Counted from the stretch's first letter, positions 45,400-60,300 are shown. The stretch is 64,000 nucleotides of DNA from Vicugna vicugna (GCA_013265495.1 MU058716.1:254264-318263); one strand, 5' to 3'. Notes: generated by a model not told the origin, from the sequence alone. Program-made: numbers and translations.

Positions 45400-46350
45400 T
45401 TTGTTTTTTCTCAGTTTTATTGAGATACAGTTGACGTACAGCCCTGTAAGGTTTAGGGTATGCAGCATAACCACATGATGTATGCACTTTGTGGAATGAC
45501 TGTCTCAGCGAGTTTAGTGAACATCCATCTTCTCATGCAGACATAAAAGGAAAGAAATAGGAAGAGCATCGTGATGAGAACTGCAGGGTGTCCTCGCTCA
45601 GCAGCTTTCTTACCTAACGCACAGCAGCGTTAATTTTATTCACCGCACCCTGAACGACACCCCCAGGACTCATTTCTCTCGTAACTGGGAGTTTGTACCT
45701 TCTGACAACCTTCATCCAGCCCTCTCTGCCCACGCCCTGGCTTCTGGTCACCACAGATCTGACCCCTTTTTCTCTGTGTTTGTTTGGTTTTAACATATAA
45801 CTAACTGACCCACCATACTATGTTAGTGCCAGTCACACAGCACAGTGATTCAGTATTTCTGTGCTCTGACCCCCTGACAAGTCTGGTTACTGTCGGTCAC
45901 ACACAAAGATCTCAGTTATTGACTGTATTCCCCACATTGTCCATTTCATACCCAGGACTCATTTATTTTACAGCTGGAAGTTTGTACCTCTGAATCTCCC
46001 TCATCTGTTTCACTCACTTTACTCCCTGCTTCTCTCTGGCAACCACCTGTTTATTCTGTGTGTAACTGTTTTGTTGCATTTGTTCCATTTGTTTTGTTTT
46101 GTTTTGTTTTAGATTCCACATATACATGAAATCATGCAGTATTTGTCTTTCTCTGCTTGACTGATTTCACTTAACATAGTCCCCTCCAGGTCCATCCATG
46201 TTGTTGCAAATGGCAAGATCTCATTCGTTTTTATGGCTGCATAATATTCCATTATATACATACCACAACTTCTTTATCTAGTCATCTATTGATGGGCACT
46301 TATATTGCTTTGATGTCTGTTATTGTAAATAATGCTGCTGTGAACATAGT
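45400..46350 (-). mobile_element. Two adjacent antisense L1 3' ends
   Basis: tttattgagatacagttgac... (about 45415) and a second copy from about 45800 (tttagattccacatatac; catccatgttgttgcaaatggcaagat). Confidence 0.8.
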
Positions 46351-47332
46351 CATATTTGCTCTTAAGCTGTATTAAAATGTATAAATCTGTATTCTTTCCT
46401 CATATTTCTACCTTGAGTAGTAATGTAGTCTCTTACAGTTTTCATTTGTAAAATAGGGAAAGTTTTATGACACATTTCTTTCCAAAAAAAAGTTGTTGAA
46501 ACGCTTCTCAAACTTTTGTGTGCAAATAGACCACGTGGGGATTGTGTTAACATTAAGACTGTGAGCTGGTCGGCCGGCAGGGAGGGTCCAGCACAGACAA
46601 GTGAGTCTGCCCCAGGCATGTCCACTGTTGCTTCCCTCACTCAGCAGTGATTGTCATTCCGGGCTGGCCTGTTGGTTTCCCTGAGTTTCCCGATTGCCTC
46701 CTGTGTGCGCCCCGTCCTGGGCTCAGAGCTGGCTGTGAAGGTACGAGGGACGTCAGGCCTCTTTGGGAACTCGCTCCCCCATGGAGGCAGATGTTAATTA
46801 ACTGCTGTTAAATTTGAACCCCAGAATGTTCGAGGTCTCATTTTCCTTCAGGCTGATGAATAATGGTTTGTAACATCAGTCGTACCCCACCTTTGAAAAG
46901 CTGTTGTGAGGCCCCTGGGAGTGTGGCCTGCCTCTCTGTGCCTCCCCTCGTCTCTCCTGGCCTCCGTGGAGAGAGGACCCTCTGGCCCACCGCTCCTGCT
47001 TGAGAGCAGGGAGCGCGGCGCAGCCCTTGCCCCTGAAGCCTGACCGGCCCTTGGAGCCGGTCACTGAAGTCTGCGGGCGTCGTGCCCGAAGCCTTCACTC
47101 GCTGAGCGGACCAGCGTCTTGGGAGCCACTGCTCAGGGCACTGGGTCTGCCTTGGTCTCTGTTTACAGCGGTGTTCCTCTTGTGCGTGTTCCTCTTGTGC
47201 GTAGCTCTCCAGCTGTGCCCTGAGACACCGTGCCGGTGCTTCTGGTAACGGTTGTGTGACATTGGGCAAACGGTTGTATAACTTGGTTCTCGGTATTGAT
47301 TGGAGATTTATTTAAACCCGCAAATAGAGTGA

Positions 47333-47551
<219 letters not shown>

Positions 47552-47754
47552 TGAAGATGATACAGAAATAACAAGACGCCCAAGGAGCATAAGGAAATGC
47601 CCCATCACTTAATTAGAGCAGTGCTCGCTTGTAATTTCAGTATGTAATTCGTGTGTGAATTTACAAGTCCAAGCCTCACCGGTTTGAGTTCTCTGTGCGG
47701 TTACTGAAGGAAGCCGACTGCATCACTCACTCATTCCCTGAGTAGACGGGCGTC

Positions 47755-47925
47755 TGCTGTGCAGAGAGCACGGGGCTGGCGTTGGGGTGCAGAGCAGCTC
47801 AGGACGGGGCTGGAGTTGGGGTGCAGAGCGGCTCAGGACAGGACTGGAGTCCGGGGTGCAGAGTGGCTCAGGTGGCTCAGGACGGGGCGGGAGTCGGGGT
47901 GCAGAGTGGCTCAGAACGGGGCTGC
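47755..47925. repeat. ~34-bp G-rich minisatellite in the last CUL2 intron
   Basis: Repeats of ggggtgcagagcggctcaggacggggctggagtt, 4-5 copies. Confidence 0.85.
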
Positions 47926-48319
47926 TACCCTTCTGGAGTTCACAGTCCAACAGGAAAGAAATGCATTATTGAGATAATACACAAGTAAATGTAAAATTGC
48001 ATTAACATGCAGTGAAGAAAAGCTGTAGGGACCTAAGATCGTGTGTAGGAGTCTTGCCCTAAGGATGCTGGGGACGCTTTCTTGAGCAAGTGTTACTTTG
48101 GCCGAGAGCTGGAAGTCGAGGAGGGGCCAAGGGGAAGCTTGCAGGTGTGTGAGTGTTTAGATTGGTTGGTTTGTAGTTTAGTTATGTATCAGTATTACTT
48201 GATTGTGCTGTACCTGTGTTCTGCATTTTAATTCCTTCAGCTCATATTTGTTAGTTTGCATTAAGTTGTTTTCAGTCATTACATCCAAAGTGAGCTGATT
48301 GCTCGGCGCCCCCGCGTGA

Positions 48320-48487
<168 letters not shown>

Positions 48488-48866
48488 AGCCCGCACCGCC
48501 GGCGCCGTGTGCGGTAGTTGCGTCGCCCTCCGGGTGTCCCCGGGGGAGAGAGCAGGCCTGTGCCTCCATAATTTGGTCATTTGGCAGCCCCTGTTTTTCT
48601 GCTGTTTACAACATCACCAGTGCCACGTCCCGAGCGTCAGAGAAAATGCCTAGAGATATTTCAAGTTCATGTCATTATGACATTTCTTAAAACTTTATTA
48701 AAAAAGAACGAGTGAAATATTGCTGAAATGTGGAAATTTGGTTGGGTACCATGCTTTTTCTCGCCTTCACGTTTGCAGTTGATGTGTTTTTTTTTTAATG
48801 TATCTTAAAGGACATACGATAAAAACTTAAATATTGTAATATGACAGATAACCTAATAATTGTATC

Positions 48867-48919
48867 ATTAAAATGACAAACATGATATTGCTGCTTGTCA
48901 AATAAAAAAAAAAAATAAA
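48867..48919 (+). terminator. Candidate CUL2 polyadenylation signals (ATTAAA 48867, AATAAA 48901 and 48914)
   Basis: Hexamers about 380-430 nt after the stop, at the end of an AU-rich UTR, with GU-rich sequence downstream. Confidence 0.65.
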
Positions 48920-51900
48920 GAAATAGAACGCCTTTCCCATGTGGCTGGAGTATCACACGAAGCACCACATGTAAGCGCTCGTGAGGCGTCAGGCACAGAT
49001 GCAGCCGTTTTGTGTTTGTGCCTGGGCGGTTTGACTCGCTGTGCGCCTGCCTAATCCTGCTTGAAAAATGTCTAGATTACTGTTCTCAAGTGCCCAAAAG
49101 GGGGTTCAGCAGGAAGAATGTTTTGTTTTTATGGATTGGGGTACCTTGGATGCGAGCGATTTGAATAGCGAGGGTTTCATTCCATCAAGAGTTCCTGGGG
49201 GTCCCCTGCTGTGCCCCGGAAACGAGGGACGAGAGCGCGTCCGGCCTGCGTCTGGCTCAGGAAGAGCGGTTCTGAGGCTGGCTTCTGTTTTCACAGTCCG
49301 TCAGCCCTGGGGCAGGCTCACCCTGCCTCCGCTGCCCTCCCTTCGCCTCTCTGGGTTATAGGGGCACCTGGGGTACCTGCCTGCCCACCACCCTCCCACC
49401 CGCGTGCCCGTGCCAGGTTCTGGCTCCGCGTCACAGGCGTCCTTAGCAGTGCGTGGCCTGAGTACCTTTCACAGTTCTTATCCGTGTAGTGACTCACGCC
49501 GCGGGCCACTTACATACACATGAAGGTCTGGTAACTCTGTTTACTGAATGTGTCAGCAGCCCCCGCACATTTTTTTTAAGCTGGGATATTTTAAAGCATA
49601 TCCCACGTGAATCATTTCACCTACAACGCTTCCATTTACAGCTCTCACAAAAAGGCCTTTAAACAAAAACCATAATAACCACAGTGACATTGTTACACTT
49701 AAATAAACAGTAATTACTTAATATCATCTAATATGTGGTCCATATTCAGATTTATCTTATTGCTGCAAAAATGGCTTTTTCAATTGGTTTGGTTGCGCTT
49801 TTTCTAACTCACGTCTCTTAAGTGTTTTAAAAAATCTGCTGGGTTTTTTAATGACTTCTGTGCCGTAGTTTGCATTTTCCCTGTATTCCCAGAGAGGAAA
49901 TGATGGCAAACTAAGTAATACTGTGCATCCACTGTCAAAAGCAAACCTTTGTTTTGATGAATTGTTGGTAAAGTTTTCCAAATTAATTTCTTTTCTCTTA
50001 AATATTTATGTATGAATGTTCAATTAAGTCTTATCTTGGTATCTAATTGTCAACAAAATATACTGGAAAATGGACAAAAAGCTTGTGCTGAGGCTGGCAG
50101 CAGTGACTGACGAGTTTTGCCCCACCTTTCCCCTCTTCACCTGAAAGGAAACAGGAAGAAGAGGCTGGACACGCTCCCTAACATCCCCTTGCGAGATGAT
50201 TGGAGCGGAGCGGACACACTTGCTGCTGAGACGCCGGGAGGCTGAGCTGTTGGGCCGGGTCAGGTGACGAGTCTCGGCCCAGAACCCGGCCCGGCCCGCG
50301 TTCGGCAGCTGCTGGGGCAGGAGGAGGGGTCGGAGCCCCGGCAGGGAGGGCAGTGCGCTCAGCGCTTACTGCAGAAAGCAGGAATGTGACTGAAACTGTC
50401 AGGAGTTTAGAAGAAATGGTTGCGAATACTGAGGTTAACGTCTGTTTCACAGCCAGGCAATGTCCGCTTGGCCCTTTTCCTTTGAAACCAGGTGATTCCA
50501 CGGCTGCTGTGGGTGCAGGTTTCGTCTTGGGTCTCGTCCAGTGTTTCCTGACAGTTTCCTTTAATATTAACAAATGAGTAGACATTCGGGGGATTGTTGT
50601 GTTTTTCTTTATTATTATTTTAATTGAAGTGTAGTCAGTTACAATGTATCGGTTTCTGGTATATCAGTTTCTGGTGTTTAGCATAAATGTTTTACTTTAT
50701 AACTTACTACCTTGAAAGTATTCAGCTTTCTTACTGTAGATGCTACAGTGCTGTCAAATCTATGACCCTTTAAACCTTTTTTGAATGCAGACTGGAGGTG
50801 CTTCCATATGGTAGTTGTTCATCTTCAGAAAATCCTGTTAAATGGGAAACGTTCCTCTCTTTTCACGGATGAGGAAACGAAATACGGAGCTTTTCCCAGG
50901 AGTCATCACCAGAAAATGTAGAGCCTGAATTTAAAAGCCAGTCAAAACTGGGGACCTCATAGTCCATTTACATAGTATAGCCGGTAAGTTAGGTGGAAAT
51001 CACTTCACTTTATACGTAAAGAATAGTATTTCCTGACTCTTCAGGATAAAAATCGGGGGTGAAGTTCGTGGGTTGCTAATTTTATCCTGTGTGGCCAGAT
51101 TGATCTGCTCCCTGAAAGAACTTTAGTGCTACAGGAAAAAGATGGGAACGCTCTGTGACTTTGATCATCCGCCCTGTGCAGGAGTCCCCGGCACAGCGTG
51201 CGGTGCTCCATGCCGAGCACTGCACTTCTCCAAGCGGCTGGGCTTGCTTTGGTAGTTTGTCTTCTGGGGAAGAAAGGATGGGCAGGGTAGGCAGGGACCC
51301 ACTTTTAGCAGAAATCGGCTGCTCTGGCGTAAACTGCACCTGACAGGCTGACCCAGGAGATCGCTGGTGCAGCAGCAGCAGGTCTCTCAGGAAACGCAAG
51401 ATGCTGGGGAGAGAGGGGAAAGAAAGCGGTGTTAGCAATTTAGTTTATATACTGCTGAGATGACTCAGTTCAGATCGGCGCTGTGCACAGAGGAAATTTC
51501 TGAGACGCCTTGTTTAAACTGCACGTTTTAAAATAACCATCTCCCCCTCTTGGCAGCTGAGGAAGATGCGGCCCTCCAGCCCTCTGGTTGAATGGTGACC
51601 TGCAAATACGCGGTAGAGAAGGACCAGGAGTGCCACGCCCTGTCCACCTGCACACTGTGTGCTCCATCCAGTGGGGCCACCTGGGCACCGTTCCATGAAG
51701 CAGGGAGAGGCACTCAGGCTGAGGAACAGGCATCGCAGCCTTGCCCCCACCACCTCTGCCCTCTTCCACATGGGCATCCGTCCACACGGGGGGCCGGTTT
51801 GCACCCTCTTGGAGCTGTACCTTCAGGAAGCCAGCTTCGCTCCGGAAAATCAGGCTCTCTTCTGACCTTGTAATTTAAATCCCAGCCGATTTGACCCAGA

Positions 51901-52271
51901 TGGACTGAGACCAAGCGGAAGTCCTGGAAGCGATGCCTTGGGATTCTCTGGGAAGCGGAGGTAAAGGAAGGGAAGGACCAGGCAGTAAAAGTGCGTCTCT
52001 GCCACAGCCAGACCATCCGTCTGGGCACGAGAGCCTCGGGGCGAGTGCGGGGCCCACCCAGGAAGCTCGGGGCCTCGGGGCCAGCGCTGCGGTTTCTGAA
52101 CACAGGGGAGACGGCAGGGTGACGTGAGCTTGGGGCTAGGGTGAGTCCTTTTTTGCCCGAAGGGTTTACTTCAGACCTGCTTTGTCTTGCAGGAGGGGGT
52201 GTGTGTTCATTTCCATGCGAATCTCCACTGTCCTGTCTTAGTGAGGTGTTGGTGTTGGCCTCTCTTAATTA

Positions 52272-52686
52272 CTGCACTGCGGTGGAGAGGGTCCCCTCCA
52301 GAATCGTGTCCGCCCAGGACCTGTGAGTGTGACTCTGCTTGGAAACAGGATCTTTGCCATTGTAGTCAAGTTAAGATGAGGTCATCCTGGGTCAGTGTGG
52401 CCCTAATGCAGTGATGGGGTCCTTATAAGAAAAGGGAAATTTGGACACAGACATGGAGGAGAGACGGCCATGTGGAGATGGGTGGAGACAGTGAGTGCGC
52501 GTCAGAAACAGCCAGCAGGGGCCAGGAAGAGGCAAGGAAGCCTCCTCGAGCCTTAGGAGGGAGTGGGGTCCTGCTGACACTTGGTTCTGGACTTCCAGCG
52601 TCCAGAGCTGTGAGAGGCTGCGTTCTGTGGCTTCAAGCCACTAAATTATGGTACCTTGTTACGGGCAGTCCTAAAAAACTAATACA
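52272..52686 (+). mobile_element. MaLR MLT1-type solo LTR
   Basis: ttggaaacaggatctttgc...agttaagatgaggtcat...ccttataagaaaagggaaatttggacacagac...aaactaataca. Confidence 0.8.
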
Positions 52687-55029
52687 GTTCCCTTTATACA
52701 TTCTTTTTTGTTGTTGTTGTTCTTTTTTATTGACGTGTAGTTGGCTTACCATGTTGTGTCAGTTACACATTTTTAAAATGGGTGGACTTACAATTTTTGT
52801 AGGCTTTTATATATTTTATATTTCAATGAGGCGATTACACTTTGGTATAAAAATCAACTAAACACAAAATTTTCTGATTTTTCCTTAAAAGGAATTTGAG
52901 AAATGGTCCGCAAAGAATCACCGTTTACCAGCTGAAGAAGCTTCGTGCGGCTGCGCACCAGCAGGCCCGCACGTCCCTGGAGGAAGTGGGGGAGACATGG
53001 AGCAAGGCCGGGTCTGCGGGAGGAACTCCTTGAGAAGCCCTGTGCTGGTGGTGAGTGTCTGCACATGGGGTCAGGACACACGGGACAGAAACTCCCATGG
53101 AGGAGGGACTCCATGGCCACGCTTACTGATCATCTGCTGATTCTTCCTCTTCTCCCCAGTCTCTTAACGTACGAGTGTCTAGGACTTTTTTTCCCGTCTA
53201 CGTCAGCTCCTTGGTGACCTCATACAGTGCGAAGGCGTCAATGCCATCCACATGCCAACAGCATTCAAAGTAACAATGCCCAGCCCAGGCCGCTCCCCAC
53301 AATGCAGGGGGGCCAGTGGCCCCACGGTCTCCACGCCCGGGTGGCCAGTGGGTATCTGTAACCGGGTGCACCCAAGCCTCCTCCAGCGGCCACAGGTGTG
53401 CTGTCACAGCCTTGCCCATCTTGGTTGAGGGCAAGTCCTTCCTTCCCATTTCTCAGGTCAAAACCTTTGCATTTTCTTTACTCACCTGTCTTCCACCTCC
53501 CGTATGTATGTTGGCTCTGCGTTCAGAACCGGTTCGGAGTCTGGCTGGTGAGCCGCACCAGAGGCGGTGACAGCAGGGCAGTGGGGAGCAGGCTGCATTC
53601 CAGTTGCCAGGGTGGCTGAAGGAGGGGACACTCAGCAGAGGGATGATCGGGGTGCCATCAGGAGAGGAGTGAGTGGATGTCCGGGCACAGCCAGCGAGCC
53701 AGGCACGGCCAGCGTTCCTCGACAGAGATCAGAGTAGGGCCAAAGCCAGACTCATCACCCCGGGTGGAGCCTGGGAGTCTCAGACAGGAGGATGTTCACT
53801 CGCCAGAAGTGGGTGCCAGACATGCGTGGACTGCAGAGCTGGACTAGATACCCTCTTCCCACTGCAGGGCCCTGGCTGGAGGCCAGAATGGGGCCACAAA
53901 GGAGGGTGGGAGGCCCCAGTGTGGAGAGACAGCAAGTAAGCGGTGGAGGTCAAGCTGGCTGGGCACCATTCCAACGGGGATGCCGTGGGGCTGTTTCTGA
54001 AATGTGGACGAGGACAGATGGTGTCACTGAGGGCCTGGAGACAGCAGTTCCCAGGCCTCTTGCCTTAGGGCCCCGGTAGGATCGGTGGTTGGAGTTGGAC
54101 CAGGCTCTAAAGGTCACGTGGGTGAACCTCTCACACTAAAAGTGTGGAAGGTCATCACCGTGTCCTCCATCGGCCCCTGCTTTGTCTCCTCCCACCCCCC
54201 TCCCGGCTTCCTGAGCCTTCCACGTGCTGTGTTCCATCCCCAGACCCCCCACGGCCGGCCCACCGTGGGCCCCAAGAAGCGGCCTCAAACCGCTGATCCT
54301 TTTACCGCTCCTTCCTGGTCCACTGGCGAGGCCATCAGGCTGGGCTTCTACCAAGGGCAGGTTCCCCCCACTTACCCCAAGTTCCCCTAAGACGAGGCCT
54401 GGTGCAGAGCCCGGGTGGTGATGAGGTGCTGTGCTCGTCCCCCACCCCCACCCCAGCTCTCATGACCCTCTGGGGGAGGGTCATGGAGACGCTGCCTAGC
54501 GTCCCTGGCTGTCGGGGCCCCTGTGGGCTGGAGCACCTTGTCCCGGGCTGCCCGCATGGTGTGGAGTTCCTTACTGAGTGCTCCCTGGGGAGGATCTGCC
54601 TCTAAAGACTTCAGGCAAAGGAGGAATTTGCTTAAGAGAAAGGTTTGCTATTGAATCCAGCCCCTAGTTATGTTTTGGGGGTGAGTGTATTTCCTTCACG
54701 TGCAGCAGCGATGCCCAAGAGACACCTCAGTTCTCTGGTCAGAGTGTTGACAGTGTTCTAGGTGCTCCCTGAGAGCCAAGGGATAGGAACCTCCCAGCAC
54801 TGAGGGATGGTGAAGGCCAGCTGCTCTTTTTCTGGAAGGAAGGGGACTGAGGGCATCTTCCCTGGGCATACCCACAGCCTGCGGGCCACCCGGCTGCAGT
54901 GAAGGGAGGGGTCTGCAAAACTCTCAGACCAAAACCACCTTCCAAACATAACCCTGACCTCAGTGTCTAAAATGTCTCTATCCAGGGCTCCTTTGGGTTT
55001 GGTTGTGCAAACTGGTTTTTACATTCTGC

Positions 55030-55800
55030 ACATTTTCCATAAACAGAATCGTAGGCTTTGTTTTCGTGTGTGACCGGCTCCATTCACTTCGCATAATGTT
55101 TTCAGGGTTCATCCATGTGGTATGTAGCACGCGTCAGAATTTCATTCCTTTTTGTGGCTGAATAATACTCATTCAGTAATGAATAAGAGTATACCACTTT
55201 TTATTTATCCACGCTTCAGCTGAAGGGTATTTGAGTTGTTGCCCCATTTTTTTGGTGTTGTGACTGATGCAGCTGCAAACCTTTGTGTACAGGTTTTTTT
55301 ATGAGTGTAAGTTTTCACCTCTCCTGGGTGTACAAGCCAGGAAGGAATTGCTGTGTCTTATGGTAATTCTGTGTTTAAATTTTTGAGGACCTGCACTTTC
55401 CAGAGCAGCTGCACCATTTTATTATATTCTCACCAGCAAGGGGTTCCCATTTCTCCACATCCTCACCGACACTTACTCTTACTGCCATCCTGGTGGGAAG
55501 GAAGCTCGTCGCAGTTTGATTTGCATTTCCCTGGTGACGAATGATACTGACCATCTTTTCCAGGCACTCATGGGCCGTTTGTATTTCTCCTTTGAAGAAA
55601 TGTCTGTTCAAATACTTTGCGCATTTTGAAGTTGGGCTGATAGCCTTTGTTACTGAGTTGTAAGAGTTCTTTACATGTTCTGGGTAGTAGACTCTTCTCA
55701 GATATGTGATTTGCACATATTTCCCCCTATTCTTCATTTTCTTGATAGTGTCCTTTGACACACAAAAGTTTAACATTTTGATGAAATCTAACTTACCCAT
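55030..55800 (-). mobile_element. L1M (L1MB-like) antisense remnant
   Basis: ttcatccatgtgg...tttgcatttccctggtgac...ttgaagaaatgtctgttcaaa. Confidence 0.8.
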
Positions 55801-56644
55801 TTCAAATAACTCAGGATGGAAAACTCCCTCTGAGCCTGATTACAAGTTGAAAAAGGAGAGAGAATCATGGCCACATAGACAGATAGCAAAATAATTTTAA
55901 GAGAACATTGCTTACAGTTTGGTGTCTGGTCTGTATTCTGGAGATCCAAGCACCTAGAAGCAGTGTTTGTGGCGACATCTCCCCCGTGGGCGAGGAGGAG
56001 ACGAGGTGCACCACTGTCAAGTCTCCTGGAGGGGCTGCGCCGGGAGCATGCGGGCCCTTCTCCGATGGGGGCCTTTCCAGGGATGGTTCCCCTTGGACCG
56101 GCCTGGGGGGAGGTGGGGCTGGAGCAGGTCGAAGGGCAGCTGATTGAAGAGGGGAAACGCTGCGAACTCTCAGCTGGAAATCCTTACGTCCCCCTTTCCC
56201 ACCCAGCTCCCCAGACACAGGCCTGAGTGGCTAAAATGGGTGGGGAGAGCCCCCAACCCATCCCGGAGCCACCCCAGTCCAAGCACAGTGACCCCTGACC
56301 TGTCACCACCTCCAGTTAAGTCCCCAGTTGTCCCCGGAGAGGGGACCTTTCTTCCTCCATTCTTGTCTGCGAATCTGGAGTGAAGTGTAATTTGACGAAT
56401 TCCCCAGATTTTAACCAGGTCTTAACCACACATCTGTTTCTAACAATGATCAATGGGTGACTTAAGGTATTTTGATGAAAAAAAGTTACTAATTTTAGGT
56501 AGTCAAGTTTATCAATATTTTATCATTAGAGATTCTTGGGTCTTTTTTATTTTTATTTTATTTTTTAAATTTTTTTTTTCAAATTGCTTCGAATATTTTT
56601 TCTTCACATTTTCTAGGTGACTTGATTGATTGAGTGATTGATTA

Positions 56645-56768
56645 GTTTTTTGTGTGTGGAGGGAGGTAATTATGTTTATTTATTTTTAGAGGAGGTCCTG
56701 GGGATTGAACTCAGGACCTTGTGCATGCTAGGCATGCACTCTAACCACTTGAGCTATACCCTCGCCCC
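56645..56768 (-). mobile_element. tRNA-derived SINE (Vic-1-like)
   Basis: ggaggtcctggggattgaactcaggaccttgtgcatgctaggcatgcactctaaccacttgagctataccc. Confidence 0.85.
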
Positions 56769-57249
56769 AGGTCTTATTTATTTTTGAAGTAAAGTTTCTC
56801 TTTGGGGATAATTTTAGGTTTATGGCCGAGTTGCAAGGAGGGTAAGTCCTCCCCCCCAGTTTCCTTTCCCCTAAAGCTCCCCTGCATTACCACAGGACAT
56901 TTTTAGAACTAAGACACCAGCACTGGTGCATTTCTGTTGAGGAAACCCCAGACCCGATTGGATTTTGTCGATTTTCCATTCATGTCCTTTTCTGTTCCAG
57001 GACCTCCCGCAGGAAACCGCAGTCCGTCTGCTTGTCAGGTCTCCCTAATCTGTTCCAGGACTGTTTCTCCCTCTTTCTTGGCTTTTCATGCCATGACAGT
57101 TTTGAGGAGAACTGGCCAAGTATTCTGTAGATTCGGCCTTATTTTAAAATTATTCCTTACTCTCAAGCTGGAAGTCACCTATGTTTTCTTCTAAAAGGTA
57201 AAATTTTTTCTTTTGACATCCAAGTTCTTAATCTATTCAGGATTTACTG

Positions 57250-57378
57250 TTTTTCTTTCTTTTTTGGAGGGTGGGTAATTAGGTTTATTTATTTATTTAT
57301 TTAATGGAGGTGCTGGGGATTGAACCCAGGACCTCGGGCATGCTAAGCATGCGTTCTACCACTGAGCTACACCCTCTT
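57250..57378 (-). mobile_element. tRNA-derived SINE (Vic-1-like)
   Basis: aggtttatttatttatttatttaatggaggtgctggggattgaacccaggacctcgggcatgctaagcatgcgttctaccactgagctacaccc. Confidence 0.87.
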
Positions 57379-60300
57379 CTCACGTTTACTTTTATACCGA
57401 GGATCCATGTTCATTTTTTTTCCGTAAGGGTAATAATCTGTTTTTCTCATTGAGCAATTTGTCTTTTCCTCAAGGATTTGCCATGACCCTTGGTCATATA
57501 TTAATGATCCTCATTTGCATAGTCCTGCCTCTGGGCTGTTTCATTCTGTTGGTCACTTTGTCTGTGAGCCAGTAACACAGCTGCCTTAATCACTCCAGCT
57601 TCATCCTGTCTTTGCATCTGGCAGAGCTGGTCTCTTCTCCGTAGTCCTTTTTTTCAAAGTATCTTGGATGTTCTTTGTTCTTCCTCATACACGTCTCATG
57701 TTTCACAAAAACAAACACAGAAACGCTGTTGAGAACTTGGATGGGAGTTGCATTCGCTCTGTGGAGCAGCATGTGAACTCTGACACTTTGAGGTGACACC
57801 TTCCTACCCATCAGCTTACAATGTCCTTCCCTTCATTTGGGGCTTCTTCAACGCTTTTCGGTGAAGGTTTGCACCTTACTATGTATAGGGCTCACATATC
57901 TTTTATTAGCTTTATTTCTAGGTTCATTAAGATTTTTGTTTCTATTAAATGGTGTCTTTTAAAAATAAAATTTTCTAATCAGTTGTTGTTAGTGAATAGG
58001 GTGAAACTGTCATTTATGTGTTTCTATCTGGCATCTGGCCAAACTATCTCCTTTTTATATCTAGTCATTTGTCTGTTAATTCCTTTTAGTTTCCTGTGAA
58101 GGCAATCATACCATCATAAAATGTTATAATTCTGTTTCCTCCCTTTCAGTCCTGACAGCTCGAGTTTCTTTGTCTTGTGTTGCTGTGCTTACTGGGACGT
58201 GCTGTTTGGACGTGGTAACAGGGACACTGTCGTCTTTCTGACTTTAAAGGACAGTGTTCCTGCTGCTCTTTAAAAACCAGAGCTACACTTGCATCCTGAA
58301 ACGAGCCAAGGGCCGGTGTCTCCTCTTTAGCCTCCAGGAAAGGCTTTATGAGATGAGGGTGCTCTGTTCCTCAGCAGGACCGACTTGCCTGCAAAACAAA
58401 CTGGACTTGTTGTTCTCTTTCTGGGGAAAGAGCCCATTTCTGACATCCGTCATGCTTAGCAAGTCACTGTTTTTCAAAATGAAAACCTGTTTCTGACAGT
58501 TATTTTTCTAGTAGAAAGGGCTCTCCTATTGATCGGTCGATCCATCTCGCGAAGCCGTTGTAGGAGCTGGCTCTGCTGTGCGGCTTCTAGGTCACATACT
58601 AGCCGACCGCTCTCGGAAGGCAAGTTTCTGATTAAAGAAACTGACTTCTCAAGTGCATTTTAAATGAACACACACGCGCGCACACACATTTACGTCGTCC
58701 TGTCCTCGCCAAAACACTTTTGAGAAGATGGCAGCATTTTACAACAAATTAATTCTGTGTGGATTTTTGAAACTCTGTTTTGGGACCTCAGGCTGACTTC
58801 TTGTTGACAGCACTTTCATGTCTCTCCGTCACCTCCTGACTTGCTGGAACATGACTGCCTGGAAAGGAGGTTCTCAGTGGAGCAGAGATCAGCTCCATGA
58901 GAACGAGGAAACAGACGGCGAGCCTGGGCACGTTCCTTCAGCCTCTCCTTTAAGACTCAGTCCCTGAAGAACAGATTGAACTCTTGCTCCTAAAGACCCA
59001 CTTTTCACAGGAAATGTCAAAAATCTAAGAAATCAGAACAAAGCTGTTATTAATCGGACATTGACTTATGCAGCTGTCATTGAATGGACCCCACATGCAG
59101 GGTCCCATGGTGGACACTAAACACGGAGCAGTTCTCGCCCTCAGGTGACTCACAGTCTGACAGTATCCAGTCGAAGCTGAATATTTACCAGGTATTGTGG
59201 GTGGTGACGGTGGGTGTTCAGAGATGGCTTCCTGGGGGCAGTGGTGCTCCAGGGAAGGAGCGAAGCCTGCACATGGTCCACAGTACGGGGTCAAGGCTGT
59301 GCTTTCAGTAAAGAATGAACAGCACCTCCCTTCCACTACCTGAAACCCCGGTCCTCTTGCTGAAGCCAACAAAAAAAATCAGACCATGTGTTTTTGAAAA
59401 AGTAGTCTTCCTAAAAGCATCAGAGAACTAAAAAGACAGTGAAGAGTTACAAGAAGACCCAGCGGAGACAGGAATCCAGCGAATGGAGACCAGCATGGGG
59501 GCTGCTTTTGCCCAGAAAGCATTTGCTGAGTCAGAAGAGGTGGCTGAGTGGCTGGGCAGCGCGGGGGCAGCCTTCCAGGGGGAGTGCAAACGCTGGCCTC
59601 CCCTGGCCTCCCACTTCCACAAAAAGCAAAATGTAGGATGTGGTGAGTGTTTCAGCAGATGGAGAAGCAAAAGTGCTGCTGGAGCCTGGAGGAGGAGATT
59701 AGCTCCAAATGAGCAGAGGGAAGAAGGGAAGGCAGGGCTGGGAGGGCTTCTTGGAGGAGGTGGCCTTGAGCTGGGCTTGAGGGATGGGGCACGCTTCAGG
59801 AAATCCAGGTGGGTGGAGGAGGACCTTGGGCAAAGGGAGGGTGTGCTTGGGGAATTACCAGCATTCCACTGTGGCCAAGTGCAAGGTGAGAGACACAGAG
59901 ACAGAGAAAGAGAGACTACAGAGGGAGGTTGAAATGATGTCAGTGAGGGTCTTCCGGTCAAGGCCAGAAGCTTGTAAACTTTTGTAGAAAAAGGGGAACC
60001 AAGGGAGAATTTTGAGTCAAGAAATGCCCAGGACTCTACCTGGAAGCCATTCTTCCCCCAGCCAGTCACCAAATCTGTATCCAAAATTACTGCTTTAGAA
60101 TCCAGTTAAGTCTCCATCCATAGGGCCCCCCACGGCCTGTGTTCAGGTCTCCAACCTCTCTCCCGGCTTCACACAGCACTGCCCTGACCGGTTTTCCAGT
60201 CCCCAGACTGCCTCCACCACGTCCACCCTCAGGTGTTTCTCCCCCGCTGCCGACCTGGGTCGCTGTCCAAGTGCAAGTCCGCTGTGTCAGTTTCCTGCCT

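Noticed and set aside
47621..47630. GTGCTCGCTT, identical to the U6 snRNA 5' end
   Set aside because: Only 10 nt match; the following sequence does not continue as U6.
55163..55192. Imperfect hairpin atactcattca...tgaataagagtat
   Set aside because: Short, AT-rich and inside an L1 remnant; likely incidental.
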